A DNA stretch of 63,191 nt, filler included, from Theionarchaea archaeon (GTDB taxonomy: Archaea > Methanobacteriota_B > Thermococci > Methanofastidiosales > SZ-28-30), in the NCBI GenBank assembly GCA_018992565.1. It is 10 parts of 10 records of this genome, joined end to end, with 100 filler letters (N's around TTAATTAATTAA, not from the genome) between each part and the next. Parts side by side here need not be neighbours in the genome. Positions count along the whole stretch, not along the records: positions 17,949 to 21,120 come from JACVGW010000147.1; positions 21,221 to 34,715 come from JACVGW010000072.1; 8 more parts are not named here. One strand, written 5' to 3'. The notes below the pieces were generated by a model. The model was not told where the DNA came from. It worked only from the letters and a program-made list of their open reading frames with translations, and searched no databases. Numbering within the stretch: position 1 is the stretch's first letter; each line of letters begins with the position of its first letter. Below, in pieces: positions 19,749 to 30,317 of the stretch. A program made the translations under genes and the position numbers.

Positions 19749-20414
19749 ATGAAAGGATTCTTGAGTATGTTCTTTATCGTGTTCTTGGGACTGTCTGTGA
19801 TGAATATTTCAGGACAGGAACTTGATATTATGTTTGTGGGCACTGTCGAATCTGTGAATCCAGTGCGTGTCAGTATTGATGAAGTCCTGGCCACTGCTGC
19901 AGAACGGGTGTGTGAAACGGTAGAAGTGGTAACAGCGGATGCTGTACCTGACGTTGCCCTGGGTGATACAGTACATGTTTTTGGAAGCTATGATCCTGTC
20001 AATTGTGTTGTTGCTGTTGAGAGTGGAGACCACTTCGTGTATAGACTGCCCAGAGGTGCGGAGCTGGAGCAGCTTCCGCAGTCTATTCAATTCATTGGTG
20101 AGATTGTAAGGACGTATGAGGCAAGAGGGGAGAAGTTTTGTGATATTTCGGCAAAGGAAGTTCTGGTGGTAACATATCAAGAGCAGGAGATGTGCAGTGT
20201 GGTGACGGTGAAGATTAGCCCTGTAGTGGGTGAAGTTGAGGAAGGGCTGCTACCGGGAGATGAGGTGAAGTTTTCTGGCACGTACGATGAGAAGTCGTGT
20301 AAGGGTTCTCTGGGCGGGCATGAGGACTATTTGAGGAAGAACAGGGGGACTGGTGGTGCGTGGTTGTTGGTTCTGGGAGGACTTGTTGGTTACGTGGTTT
20401 TGAGAAGGACGTGA
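19749..20414 (+). CDS. Secreted protein with two internal repeats (OB-fold-like) and a C-terminal membrane anchor
   Basis: Signal peptide; repeated GDxVxxxGxYD...C motif; C-terminal TM followed by RR. Confidence 0.6.
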   Translation: MKGFLSMFFIVFLGLSVMNISGQELDIMFVGTVESVNPVRVSIDEVLATAAERVCETVEVVTADAVPDVALGDTVHVFGSYDPVNCVVAVESGDHFVYRLPRGAELEQLPQSIQFIGEIVRTYEARGEKFCDISAKEVLVVTYQEQEMCSVVTVKISPVVGEVEEGLLPGDEVKFSGTYDEKSCKGSLGGHEDYLRKNRGTGGAWLLVLGGLVGYVVLRRT

Positions 20415-20499
20415 GGGGATTACAGATGATCTCCCGTCTTATCCCCCTGAAAAAGGAGAAAGAGTACTGAAGGAATCAGATGGATGCTATCAGACATTA

Positions 20500-21120
20500 T
20501 TATTCAGAACATCCCCGTTTCAAATATGGCTTGTCAGGATGTGCGATAATACCTTTTTCTGTTATGATTCCGGTAATGTACTTGTAGGGGGTCACGTCAA
20601 AAGCATAATTTATGACCTCTTTCTTGTCTAAATAGGCAGCTATGGGTAGTCCCTTCATATAAGTGGTCTCCCGATAATCCCTTTCTTCGATCTCGATGTC
20701 CTTCCCATTCTTTGTCTGAGGATCAATAGTAGACATCGGAGCCGCAACATAAAACGGAATTTCGTGCTCTTTTGCCAGAATGGACAGGGAATAAGTTCCA
20801 ATCTTGTTTGCAGTATCCCCATTAGCTGCAATCCTGTCAGCACCAACAATCACCATATCAATGCCCTCTCTTTTCATAATCCAGCCTGCAGAATCATCTG
20901 TAATCAATGTGACCGGAATTCCCTCCAGTTTGAGCTCCCAAGCAGTGATCCTTGCTCCTTGCAGCAAAGGACGCGTTTCATCTGCATAGATATGGATGTC
21001 AATTCCCTTTCTAAAAGCAGCCCTGAAAACCCCGAAAACAGTGCCATATCCGCAGGTAGCCAGAGAGCCTGCATGACAGTGAGTAAGAATTTTATATATA
21101 CTTCCATCTTTTGGCTTACT
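20500..21120 (-). CDS. mtnA: Methylthioribose-1-phosphate isomerase / eIF2B family (5'-truncated)
   Basis: Frame reads [58 protein letters not shown]. Confidence 0.88.
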   Translation of the reverse strand, partial: SKPKDGSIYKILTHCHAGSLATCGYGTVFGVFRAAFRKGIDIHIYADETRPLLQGARITAWELKLEGIPVTLITDDSAGWIMKREGIDMVIVGADRIAANGDTANKIGTYSLSILAKEHEIPFYVAAPMSTIDPQTKNGKDIEIEERDYRETTYMKGLPIAAYLDKKEVINYAFDVTPYKYITGIITEKGIIAHPDKPYLKRGCSE

Positions 21121-21220
21121 NNNNNNNNNNNNNNNNNNNNNNNNNNNNNNNNNNNNNNNNNNNNTTAATTAATTAANNNNNNNNNNNNNNNNNNNNNNNN
21201 NNNNNNNNNNNNNNNNNNNN

Positions 21221-22246
21221 TCCCGCTGCAATACTCACCGGCTGTGCGAGAAAGCAGTAGAACCTGAACCCTTCCAGTGGCTTCATCAGTGTCTCCCAGG
21301 AGAGCTCAATGTGACCAACAAGCTGGAGAATAGTCTCATTCTGGGTTTCGAGAAACAGAGGAATAATCCATAATCCCAACAGGGCGAAATACTTATTACG
21401 TTTTACAGCCAGGTACACCATTCCAACAGTGCCCAGGAGTGCGGGAATGGCACCAAATTCGAAAAAGTGTTTCAGTGGAGTGTAATATCCTGATGAAGAG
21501 GTCAGCCCTTTGATCCACCACCAGTAGAGGTCTCTGGGATACCACCACCAGAAGGCCACCATCTGTGAGATTCCCACAAGGACAAGAAAAGCAATCAGAG
21601 GTCTCCTGGTGTTGTCGTTGGCAGCGAAGTAGATGAGAACCATGAGCAGAACCAAAATGAGAACAAAATAGGAAAGATGGAAGAGAAAGCCAATCCCCAG
21701 AATGATCCCCATGATAACCAGGGAGATAGTACCATATTCTCCTTTGGCATATTTGATGAACCACAAGACGTACAGTGGAATGAGCAGTAGCAGGAATGAC
21801 TGAGGGTCAGCTATCCCTGTCCAGTAGATGAAACTGGGAGTAGCTGCCAGGATAACAGTGGAATACACAGCAATGTGCTTATTATATAGATATCGAGCCA
21901 GGAAATAGATGGAGAGAGGTGAAAAAGCCTCAAGAAAGGGGATTACGCGGGTAACAACAGTCGGGATATCCAGGGCAGTAATCCTGGAAAGGACTGCCAG
22001 AAAGGTGACAGATAGTGGCGGATACCACATGGGAACAAACCCGTAGGAGAGGTACCTGATGTCTGGCTCTGGAAGCCGCCCATGGTCAAAAATGTACTGG
22101 GCCATGCAAATCCTGTACCATACGTCGCCCTGAAAAGCAGGTAAATGAGGATCTACCATTAATTTTGGAGCTAGTCTGATGGCCACACTAAAGATGTAGA
22201 TAGAAATGAGAAAATACACTTCCCAGCGCTTCAGGTTCCAAGCCAT
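21221..22246 (-). CDS. GT-C superfamily (PMT-like) membrane glycosyltransferase (3'-truncated)
   Basis: DVWY after first TM, WYPPL motif, many TM helices. Confidence 0.7.
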
Positions 22247-22529
22247 GTGCTTTCTACACGTCCTGCTATTAAATCTTTTCTATCTGAGTAGTTGGATGAA
22301 CCTCTTGCGCTTGTTGTTTGAGGAGGTCCTGGGCCATTCTTCCTTGGTGGCTCATGGGCTTTCTCTCTTATCGGTTTATCAGCTTGTGGTCTTGTGGGAT
22401 TGTACTTGGGAACAGGAAAAAGGCTAATGGCCATTTTGGGCAAACAGGCAGGAATGGATATGATTTCACAGGCATTTCGCCTTCCGAAAACCATTTAATA
22501 CCCCATCCTCATACTACTGTGGTGATTAT

Positions 22530-24344
22530 ATGCACGGATGGAATGGAAAGATCTTACGAGTGAACCTGAATAAGAAAACATCTGCAGTGCAGTCCTATGA
22601 TAAAGATTTTGCTCTCAATTATCTGGGAGGCCGAGGATTTGCAGCACGGATACTGTGGGACGAACTTCCTGCAGGTACTGATCCTCTTTCTCCTCAGAAC
22701 AAGCTGATCTTTGCCACAGGTCCCTTGACTGGACTACCTGTTGCCAGCAGTGGGAAGATTGTGGTAGCAGCCAAGAGCCCTTTAACCAATGGATATGGTG
22801 ATGGTAACCTGGGGTCACGGGCTGCAGTCACCCTGAGAAAAGCAGGGTATGAGGCTCTCGTGGTGGAAGGAAAAGCAGACTCTCCAGTATATGTCCTGGT
22901 TGAAGATGATTCTGTTGAAATCATGGATGCGAAAGACCTGTGGGGAAAAGGGACTTTCGATGCAGAAGACGATCTTACCGCAACCCATGGTAAAAGCGCA
23001 GGGGTCTTGCTTATCGGCCAGGCGGGAGAGAACCTGGTGAAATTCGCCCCTGTTATGTCCCAGAAAGGAAGAGCAGGAGGTCGTCCTGGAATGGGTGCAG
23101 TCATGGGTTCCAAGAACTTGAAAGCCGTGGTCATCAAAGGGACGAAAGACATACCTCTTGCAGATCCAGACAGCCTCAAAGAGCTTGGAAAAGACGCGTA
23201 CAAAGACATCAAAGGAAAGGAAAGCTACGACTTCTGGATACGGCAGGGCACTATGCAGGCTCTGGAATGGGCCAACGAAAGCAGCTGCCTCCCCAGTTAC
23301 AACTTCAGGGAAGGTGTCTTTGATGAAGCAAAGGGTATTGATGGATACAAAGTGGAAGAACTGAAGGTAGATAGACGGGGATGTCCAAACTGCAACATGC
23401 AATGCGGTAACGTCATCAAAGACGTGGAAGGTCAGGAAGCAGAACTGGATTACGAGAATGTTGGATTATTGGGATCTAATCTTGGAATTGGCAACCTGAA
23501 AGAAGTTGCCCTCCTGAACAGACTGGCAGATGACTGGGGAATTGACACAATATCTGCAGGGAACATCATCGGATTCGTCATGGAAGCTTCAGAGAGGAAA
23601 TTGATACCAGAGAACTACAAATGGGGCTCAGTAGATGATGCTCGCACCATCATGGAAGCTATAGCTTTCAGAAAAGGATTTGGGAATACGCTGGCTGAGG
23701 GCGTGAGGCATTCTGCAGCCACTATTGGAAAAGGCTGCGAGAAATGGGCTATTCAATGTAAGGGGTTGGAGTGCTCCGCATATGACTGTCATGCAGCACC
23801 TGGAATGGCTCTGGCCTTTGCAACCTCCAGCATAGGTGCCCATCACAAAGACGCATGGCTTATCTCCTGGGAGATAGCAACAGATAGATCTGGATATAAC
23901 AAGGAAAAAGTGGCAAAGCTCATCGAACTACAGCAGCTGAGAGGAGGAGTCTTCGAGAGTCTGGTGGCCTGCAGGCTGCCCTGGATCGAAGTTGGGTTCG
24001 CTCTTGATTGGTACCCCAAGTTTCTCAAGGCAGCTACTGGAGAGGATCTCTCTATGGACAACCTGAAGACAGCAGGTGACCGCATCTATGCCTTGATCAG
24101 GTGCTTCTGGAAGCGGGAAAATCCAGACTTTGGACGCTCATGGGATATTCCTCCCGAACGCTGGTTTACTGAACCTCTGACCAAGGGCCCAATGAAAGGA
24201 ACAAAGGTGGACCGCGAAGGATACACAAGGATGCAGAACTGGTACTACGAGATGAGAGGATGGGATAGCAATGGAATTCCCACCCGGAAGACACTGGAAG
24301 CACTGGGATTGGCCGATGTGGCTGGGGCCTTGCACATAGCATGA
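22530..24344 (+). CDS. aor: Tungsten aldehyde:ferredoxin oxidoreductase family enzyme
   Basis: GWNGKILRVNL, KSPLT, AGGRPGMGAVMGSKNLKAV, CPNCNMQC, YYEMRGWD. Confidence 0.93.
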   Translation: MHGWNGKILRVNLNKKTSAVQSYDKDFALNYLGGRGFAARILWDELPAGTDPLSPQNKLIFATGPLTGLPVASSGKIVVAAKSPLTNGYGDGNLGSRAAVTLRKAGYEALVVEGKADSPVYVLVEDDSVEIMDAKDLWGKGTFDAEDDLTATHGKSAGVLLIGQAGENLVKFAPVMSQKGRAGGRPGMGAVMGSKNLKAVVIKGTKDIPLADPDSLKELGKDAYKDIKGKESYDFWIRQGTMQALEWANESSCLPSYNFREGVFDEAKGIDGYKVEELKVDRRGCPNCNMQCGNVIKDVEGQEAELDYENVGLLGSNLGIGNLKEVALLNRLADDWGIDTISAGNIIGFVMEASERKLIPENYKWGSVDDARTIMEAIAFRKGFGNTLAEGVRHSAATIGKGCEKWAIQCKGLECSAYDCHAAPGMALAFATSSIGAHHKDAWLISWEIATDRSGYNKEKVAKLIELQQLRGGVFESLVACRLPWIEVGFALDWYPKFLKAATGEDLSMDNLKTAGDRIYALIRCFWKRENPDFGRSWDIPPERWFTEPLTKGPMKGTKVDREGYTRMQNWYYEMRGWDSNGIPTRKTLEALGLADVAGALHIA

Positions 24345-24556
24345 ACGTGAAGTTCTTGGGTTGGATCTCCTCGCTGGCAGGAAGAAGGGAAATGCAAGTT
24401 GACATAGACAATCCTGCTAAGTTAGGAGATATTTTACCCTTTTCTTTACAGGGGAGGAGTATTATAATTATCGTGAACAATGAACCCGGATCAGGAGAAA
24501 CGATGGTGAAGAATACAGACCAGGTTACACTCATGCCTGTTATTTCAGGGGGGTAA
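24341..24556 (+). CDS. MoaD/ThiS/SAMP ubiquitin-like sulfur carrier
   Basis: 71 aa ending PVISGG; translationally coupled to aor. Confidence 0.88.
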   Translation: MNVKFLGWISSLAGRREMQVDIDNPAKLGDILPFSLQGRSIIIIVNNEPGSGETMVKNTDQVTLMPVISGG

Positions 24557-24773
24557 TCTTCATCTTGGTAGTTTTGCACTCTGGTGAGCGTGGAGGCACT
24601 TGTGGGTATTGTGGAAAGGGAAATATCTACCATCTACTACCCCGTCTTGGGAAAGGGAGAACCCTCTTCACAGGAGAAATTATCTCTTAACCCATAATAC
24701 AAAACTCAATACTGGGGGATACCCTCAGGATTATAACAAAAATCTTTTTAAATGAGAAGCATCAACCAGTGAC

Positions 24774-25526
24774 ATGAAATGGTTACTTCCATTGCTTTAT
24801 TTCATTTTACTCCTTGGACCGATCAAGGTAGTAGTAGTCTCGAATTCCATTGACTATTCGCCAGAACTCATTGAGTATGTCAGTCAGGAATTCCAGACGA
24901 TATCCATTACTGCTGACCAGTTCTCAGATTATCAGGGTCACCAGTACTTCGTAATACTGGGAGGGCCAGATGCCCCTGAAGGTATTGGTGAGCTCGTGAG
25001 TACTATCTTGTCACTCCGCGAACAGGAGTACCTTCGAACTACAGAAGAATACAATCTTTTTGTTAGAGTGAAGGATGGAAAGACTTTTTTTGTGTTAGCA
25101 GGATCAGATCGAGAGCAGACCAGGCTTGCAGTGGACACTTTGAAGGATGACGTCTTGGACTATATACCCAAGCAACCCATCCAGTGGATGGATGACTACG
25201 ATGCTGCACTGGAGAAGGCCCAAGCGGAGAATAAGCTGATTTATATAGACTTCTATACAACTTGGTGCAGATACTGTACACAAATGGATGAAGAGACCTA
25301 TAATGATCTTCGCATTATCAAAATGCTCACTGAAGACTTCGTAGCAGTTAGATTAAACCGGGAAGATCCAGAGAATGAAGATATTGTCTCATTATACAGA
25401 ATTTTTGGTCAGCCAGTTGAAATTGTAGTCAATGCTCAAGGTGAAATTGTCTGGAGTCATCAAGGGTATCTGGATGCGCCTGAGCTGTATTACTACTTGA
25501 CTACTATCCTCTCTGAAATTCAGTGA
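24774..25526 (+). CDS. Secreted thioredoxin-family protein with an extra N-terminal domain
   Basis: Signal peptide; ILGGPDAP and LAGSDREQT N-domain; C-terminal DFYTTWCRYC thioredoxin fold. Confidence 0.8.
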   Translation: MKWLLPLLYFILLLGPIKVVVVSNSIDYSPELIEYVSQEFQTISITADQFSDYQGHQYFVILGGPDAPEGIGELVSTILSLREQEYLRTTEEYNLFVRVKDGKTFFVLAGSDREQTRLAVDTLKDDVLDYIPKQPIQWMDDYDAALEKAQAENKLIYIDFYTTWCRYCTQMDEETYNDLRIIKMLTEDFVAVRLNREDPENEDIVSLYRIFGQPVEIVVNAQGEIVWSHQGYLDAPELYYYLTTILSEIQ

Positions 25527-25622
25527 AGGCCTCAGAGCGTTCTGGATTCATCCCCCAGATTTCGAATACGTGAATTGAGCTTGAGTTACCTCCCGGCTTT
25601 CCATTGATTCATCAGATATTGT

Positions 25623-26750
25623 TCATATCCTGCCTTCCAGTTTTCTCATCAACTCTTTTACAAAGCGTGTTTTTGCCCGGATGGTGAACTCCTGGGTACT
25701 TGCATATGCTCTCTCAAGAACACAGAGGGTTTGAAGGAATTCCATGGACTCAGAGGTTTCGGAGTTACTATTCTGTACTCTGTCTGCCAGGTCTTCTACC
25801 TTTCTTCTGATAGTTGACGCATACGCAAATGCACGATCATAGTAATTCAGAAACAATTCCATGAGTGAGATAGCAGGTCTGTATATTCTTGTGCGAGAGC
25901 CCGGCAACTTTTCAATTTCAATAGTCTCTTCGTCCACTGCGAGAGACAATACCTGGGAAATGGTGCTCCTGGGAAGCTGGGTGGCTTCCTGTATCTCATC
26001 CTGTGTGGTAGCCTTTTCGATTATTACATCATGTACAACTACCAGGAGGTCTGCTATGCTTTGGGCATATAGGGGGTTGAGACCAGTCTTGATTCCCCTG
26101 AAGTACTCTCTCTTTAGTTCCATGTAGTGAAGGGGTGGCTTATCCTTTATGGGTTCATGTTCTGTTTCAGAAAGACCTTCTGACGTCATCACACGATGTA
26201 AGAAGCCAGTAATTTCACTAGAATTGAGATCTGATGAATCTGGGAAGTCAAGATCTTCGAATGAGCCAGATCTGAGAATCGTTCTAAATTTTCTGAGACT
26301 ATCCTTTCGAATAGAATGCATGAGCTCTAGATAAAGCCGCAATTCTTCAAGGTAGTTCAGCAGCCTGCAGTATGAGGGATGTTCTTTTTCCTTGATTTCT
26401 GCTTTCTTCTGAATGGTACCAATCATTTCCAGATCGATATCTGGCATATCTGTCCTCCTTTCCAGTATGTCCACAAGGAATTGTTCTGGACCTCCCTGGT
26501 ATGTGTAGTACTGTTTTCGGTCACCCATGATCTTCAGTGTCCGTACCGGCAATGTTAGCTGGAGTTTCTGCAGAGCAAGGGATACAGATGCCCTCGAGTA
26601 CTTCGTCAACTCCATGATTCTTTTCTGAGTTACAGGTTCACTTTCTACAAGGAGTGCTGTCAAGCACCCGAAGTACCCACGATGATATCTCTTCCTGTGA
26701 GCCTTTTCCATGTACTCGATCAATTCTCTCTTGAGGTCGTCTACTGCCAT
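25623..26750 (-). CDS. Tandem-duplicated GbsR/MarR-type wHTH regulator
   Basis: Two HTH repeats: TQKRIMELTKYSRASVSLAL..GDRKQYY and TQDEIQEATQLPRSTISQVL..GSRTRIY. Confidence 0.75.
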   Translation of the reverse strand: MAVDDLKRELIEYMEKAHRKRYHRGYFGCLTALLVESEPVTQKRIMELTKYSRASVSLALQKLQLTLPVRTLKIMGDRKQYYTYQGGPEQFLVDILERRTDMPDIDLEMIGTIQKKAEIKEKEHPSYCRLLNYLEELRLYLELMHSIRKDSLRKFRTILRSGSFEDLDFPDSSDLNSSEITGFLHRVMTSEGLSETEHEPIKDKPPLHYMELKREYFRGIKTGLNPLYAQSIADLLVVVHDVIIEKATTQDEIQEATQLPRSTISQVLSLAVDEETIEIEKLPGSRTRIYRPAISLMELFLNYYDRAFAYASTIRRKVEDLADRVQNSNSETSESMEFLQTLCVLERAYASTQEFTIRAKTRFVKELMRKLEGRI

Positions 26751-26808
26751 CTCTCATCACTGATTCCACTTTTTTCTGAACATACTACAACCATCATACA
26801 TGCTATTA

Positions 26809-26835
26809 TTTCGAAAGTTTTAAAAACTTTCGAAA
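26809..26835. promoter_or_regulatory. Perfect 27-bp inverted repeat over a TATA box (probable operator)
   Basis: TTTCGAAAGTTTT-A-AAAACTTTCGAAA between the divergent regulator and condensation-domain gene. Confidence 0.75.
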
Positions 26836-26848
26836 CATTGTTTCCTTC

Positions 26849-28252
26849 ATGACTGTAACGCATGGTGTAGAAGGAATCAAACCATTTCAACGCGAAGTGA
26901 CACCCCAGGAACGAAGGTTTATCATGGCTCCAATGTCTCACATTTCACTTGGACTCAGGGTGAAGGGGGAAGTATCAGAGGAGTCACTGAGGGCTGCAGT
27001 CGATAAGATGTTGGTCACCTACCCTCTGTTCGGTGTACGAATTGAGTGGGGCGATGAGATAACCCGGTCTACAACAGAAGGCGCTGCTCAAGTTCCTATA
27101 AAGGTATACAAGAGGGAATCAGAAAAGAGCTGGCTGGAAGCACTGAATAAGGAGCATTCAATCCCTGTCAGGCCTTCTGCCGGCCCTCTTACGCGTATGA
27201 TTCTTGTGAAAGGCCCCGAAATATCAGAGTTGTTTATCTTCTGCCATCATTCTATTTGTGATGGGCGATCTCTGGAGCTTGCTCTTCGAGAGATTCTCCT
27301 TTATCTCGAAAATCCTGATAGGGCCCCTCCTTCACCACCTGATGCGCCACCACAGACTCCAGAGATGTTTCCAGAGGGTGTTTCAAAGAGCAGGGTCAGG
27401 TCCTGGTTCATTGGTCAACTCAACAAGAAGTGGCTCAAAGAGAAGGTGTTGTTTGATGAAGAGGATTTACTGAATGTATGGGAGTCATTCTGGAAGAACT
27501 CCACCTATGGCGTTGAACTTGTCACTCTTGATAGAAATGAAACACAGACATTCGTGGAACTATGTAGAGTCAACGGGGTGACTGTCAATTCAGCACTGCT
27601 TGTTGCATTCGTCAAGGCACGATGGGAAGCTCTAGGGCCCTACAAAGGGAAGGTGAACGTCAGCACTGCAGTTGATACTCGCGATAGACTTCGTATTGAG
27701 ATTGGAGATGCTGTTGGTCTTTATGCAGGCGGAATATCTCTTACGTTCAAGTACAGAAGTGATCGTTCTTTCTGGGAGAATGTCCAAGAATACCATAAAG
27801 AGGTTAAGAGACAGCTGAAGGACAATAATGTCTTTGGTCCCATATATGACCAGATCGCATTAGACCCGACATTGCTGGATGCTTTGCTCTTTGCCATGAT
27901 CGGGGATCAGGTGGAACCTCATCAGAGTCGATACAACAAACTATCGGAATTCGCCAGGCATCAGAAAGGTCTCGTGGCAGAATATCTTGACAAGTTTTCC
28001 AGCAACATCCCAGATGTCATGAGCACAAACCTTGGTGTTTTGAACCTACCTGGTGAGATTGATGGGTTACAAATAGAAGGAGTGTTCTTTACACCCTCTT
28101 CTGGCTTGAAGATGGAGATTGTCCTGGGTGTCGCTACAGCTGGAGGGTGTCTCACAGTATCTCTGAACTACCATGATGCATATGTCGATGGTAAGAAGAT
28201 TAGGCGAGTTCGTGATAAGGCTGAAGAGATACTCAAAGGTCTACTGTCATGA
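26849..28252 (+). CDS. Stand-alone condensation-domain / PapA5-like acyltransferase
   Basis: HHxxxDG motif (HHSICDG); CRVNGVTVNSAL, AVDTR, STNLG C-terminal motifs. Confidence 0.8.
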   Translation: MTVTHGVEGIKPFQREVTPQERRFIMAPMSHISLGLRVKGEVSEESLRAAVDKMLVTYPLFGVRIEWGDEITRSTTEGAAQVPIKVYKRESEKSWLEALNKEHSIPVRPSAGPLTRMILVKGPEISELFIFCHHSICDGRSLELALREILLYLENPDRAPPSPPDAPPQTPEMFPEGVSKSRVRSWFIGQLNKKWLKEKVLFDEEDLLNVWESFWKNSTYGVELVTLDRNETQTFVELCRVNGVTVNSALLVAFVKARWEALGPYKGKVNVSTAVDTRDRLRIEIGDAVGLYAGGISLTFKYRSDRSFWENVQEYHKEVKRQLKDNNVFGPIYDQIALDPTLLDALLFAMIGDQVEPHQSRYNKLSEFARHQKGLVAEYLDKFSSNIPDVMSTNLGVLNLPGEIDGLQIEGVFFTPSSGLKMEIVLGVATAGGCLTVSLNYHDAYVDGKKIRRVRDKAEEILKGLLS

Positions 28253-28551
28253 GAGCCTGCATCGGTGCCAGAGCTTTGGTGAACTCTGCGATGGAATATG
28301 AAGACCATCACGAGGCAAACGAACAATAGACCGATTTTCAACGTTGTATATCGTTCTCACAGAGCTAGCGAGGGAAGCTCAGGTAGTTATTGCGCCAGAA
28401 TCTGAGAATGAATTGTGCAAGACCATTGTGTTTCAACTATGAATCTCGAAGTGTCAGCCTGCTGAAATCCAGAGAGAGTGCAAAACATGTCTGCATTCGG
28501 AAGTGACTCGTGACACAGAAAGGCTTAAGAAGGGTACTACCATCACAGCGT

Positions 28552-29508
28552 GTGGATGCTATTGCCTGTGAGCATGTGGATAGAATTTTTGAAAGCAAGA
28601 ATAGAACTGTGCAAGCCCTCAATGATGTGACTATTACTGTAAAGAAGGGAGAGCTTTTTGGGTTACTGGGTCCCAATGGAGCTGGTAAGACCACGCTTAT
28701 CAAGATCTTGACTACACTGCTCCTTCCCACATCAGGGAAAGCTCATGTGTACGGGTATGATGTTACTAGAGACGAGAACAAGATCAGACCTATCATCAAC
28801 ATGGTGTCAGGTGGAGAATATTCTGGCTACGGATTGTTAACTGTCAGGGAAAATCTATGGATGTTCTCTCAGTTCTATGGAATCCCTGGAAAGGAAGCTA
28901 ACCAAAGAATCAAGACTCTCATGGAACGGTTAGGGATTGCCAACATGGGAGACAGAAAAATCAGGACACTGTCAACGGGAGAGAGACAGCGAGTGAGCAT
29001 CATCAGAGCATTTATGACAGAACCCCAGGTAGTCTTTCTGGATGAACCCACTCTAGGGCTGGATGTGGAGACTGCTCGACTGATCCGGAGATTTATTCAG
29101 GAATGGCTGGAAAAAGATTCTGAAAGGACCGTCCTCCTGACCACTCACTACATGATGGAAGCAGATGAGCTCTGCAGCAGAATTGCCATTATCAATGAAG
29201 GAAAAATTGTGGCCCTGGACACACCCAGTGGCCTGAAGAATATGGTGAAAAAGGAAATCTCCTTGAATATAGAAATCTTCCCGGAAATCAAAGTGGACTG
29301 GCTCAATAATCTGGACGGTGTTATAGGATTTAACTCCAAGGATGCAGGAGGGAATCTCAGCCTGAGGGTGGTAGTTGAACACGATGCTGCAGTGGGAGAA
29401 GTTCTCGCAGGCATTAACCAACATGGGGGGAAAATCAGTTACCTCAACAAAGAGGAGCCCACCCTCGAAGACGTTTTCCTCAAATTAACCGGGAGAGGGC
29501 TGGAATGA
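28552..29508 (+). CDS. ABC exporter ATP-binding protein
   Basis: GPNGAGKTT, LSTGE, FLDEPTLGLD, EPTLEDVF; GTG start inferred from TATA spacing. Confidence 0.92.
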   Translation: MDAIACEHVDRIFESKNRTVQALNDVTITVKKGELFGLLGPNGAGKTTLIKILTTLLLPTSGKAHVYGYDVTRDENKIRPIINMVSGGEYSGYGLLTVRENLWMFSQFYGIPGKEANQRIKTLMERLGIANMGDRKIRTLSTGERQRVSIIRAFMTEPQVVFLDEPTLGLDVETARLIRRFIQEWLEKDSERTVLLTTHYMMEADELCSRIAIINEGKIVALDTPSGLKNMVKKEISLNIEIFPEIKVDWLNNLDGVIGFNSKDAGGNLSLRVVVEHDAAVGEVLAGINQHGGKISYLNKEEPTLEDVFLKLTGRGLE

Positions 29509-30317
29509 ATGTCATGCTCAATCTTCGAGCCCTTAAAGGGAGAGCATACCCCCGAATGATAGGTGCAGTACGAGAACCCTCCTGGATGTTCTGGGAAACC
29601 TTCCTGCCTATCCTGAGTATGGCAGCTTATGTGTATGTATACCGCAGCCTCGATGCTCCGAAGGAGTTCGAAGGATTTGTCATTCTGGGTGGAGTCATGA
29701 CCACATACTGGATGAATGTCCTGTGGGGAATGGCCTCTCAGTTGTACTGGGAGAAAGAGACTGCCAACCTTCAGTTGTACCTGGCAGCCCCCATGTCAAA
29801 AATGTCAATTCTGGCTGGCATGGCTCTGGGTGGCATGTTTTCCACAAGCGTTCGCTGCATCAGCATCATTGTTATGGGTGTAATCATCTTTAAGGTTGAC
29901 TTTGTTGTCACCAACGCAGGGTTACTCCTTGGGATATTTGGTGTCACTCTGGTTGCCTTATACGGAATGGGCATGGTATTTGCTTCTCTGTTCCTCATGT
30001 GGGGACGGGAGGCATGGCATCTCAATATGATCATGGAGGAACCAATTTACTTTCTCTCTGGCTACTCGTTCCCGGTGAAAGCTCTGGGGTCACTCTCACT
30101 CTTTGCCACTGTGATACCCTTTACTCTGGGGCTAGACGCCATGAGGCAGTTAACCTTCCCCAGTATGGCAACCCAGTGGGGGTTGGTGTCTCCTCATCTG
30201 GAGCTTGTGATACTGCTGGTCATGAGTATCATTCTGTTATATCTGGCCAGGGTGTCATTGGATCGCATGGAACGCATGGGCAGGTCAAAAGGAACCCTCA
30301 CCATGAGGTGGCAGTGA
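29505..30317 (+). CDS. ABC-2 type permease
   Basis: Six TMs; WEKETANL, FLSGYSFPV. Confidence 0.85.
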   Translation: MNVMLNLRALKGRAYPRMIGAVREPSWMFWETFLPILSMAAYVYVYRSLDAPKEFEGFVILGGVMTTYWMNVLWGMASQLYWEKETANLQLYLAAPMSKMSILAGMALGGMFSTSVRCISIIVMGVIIFKVDFVVTNAGLLLGIFGVTLVALYGMGMVFASLFLMWGREAWHLNMIMEEPIYFLSGYSFPVKALGSLSLFATVIPFTLGLDAMRQLTFPSMATQWGLVSPHLELVILLVMSIILLYLARVSLDRMERMGRSKGTLTMRWQ

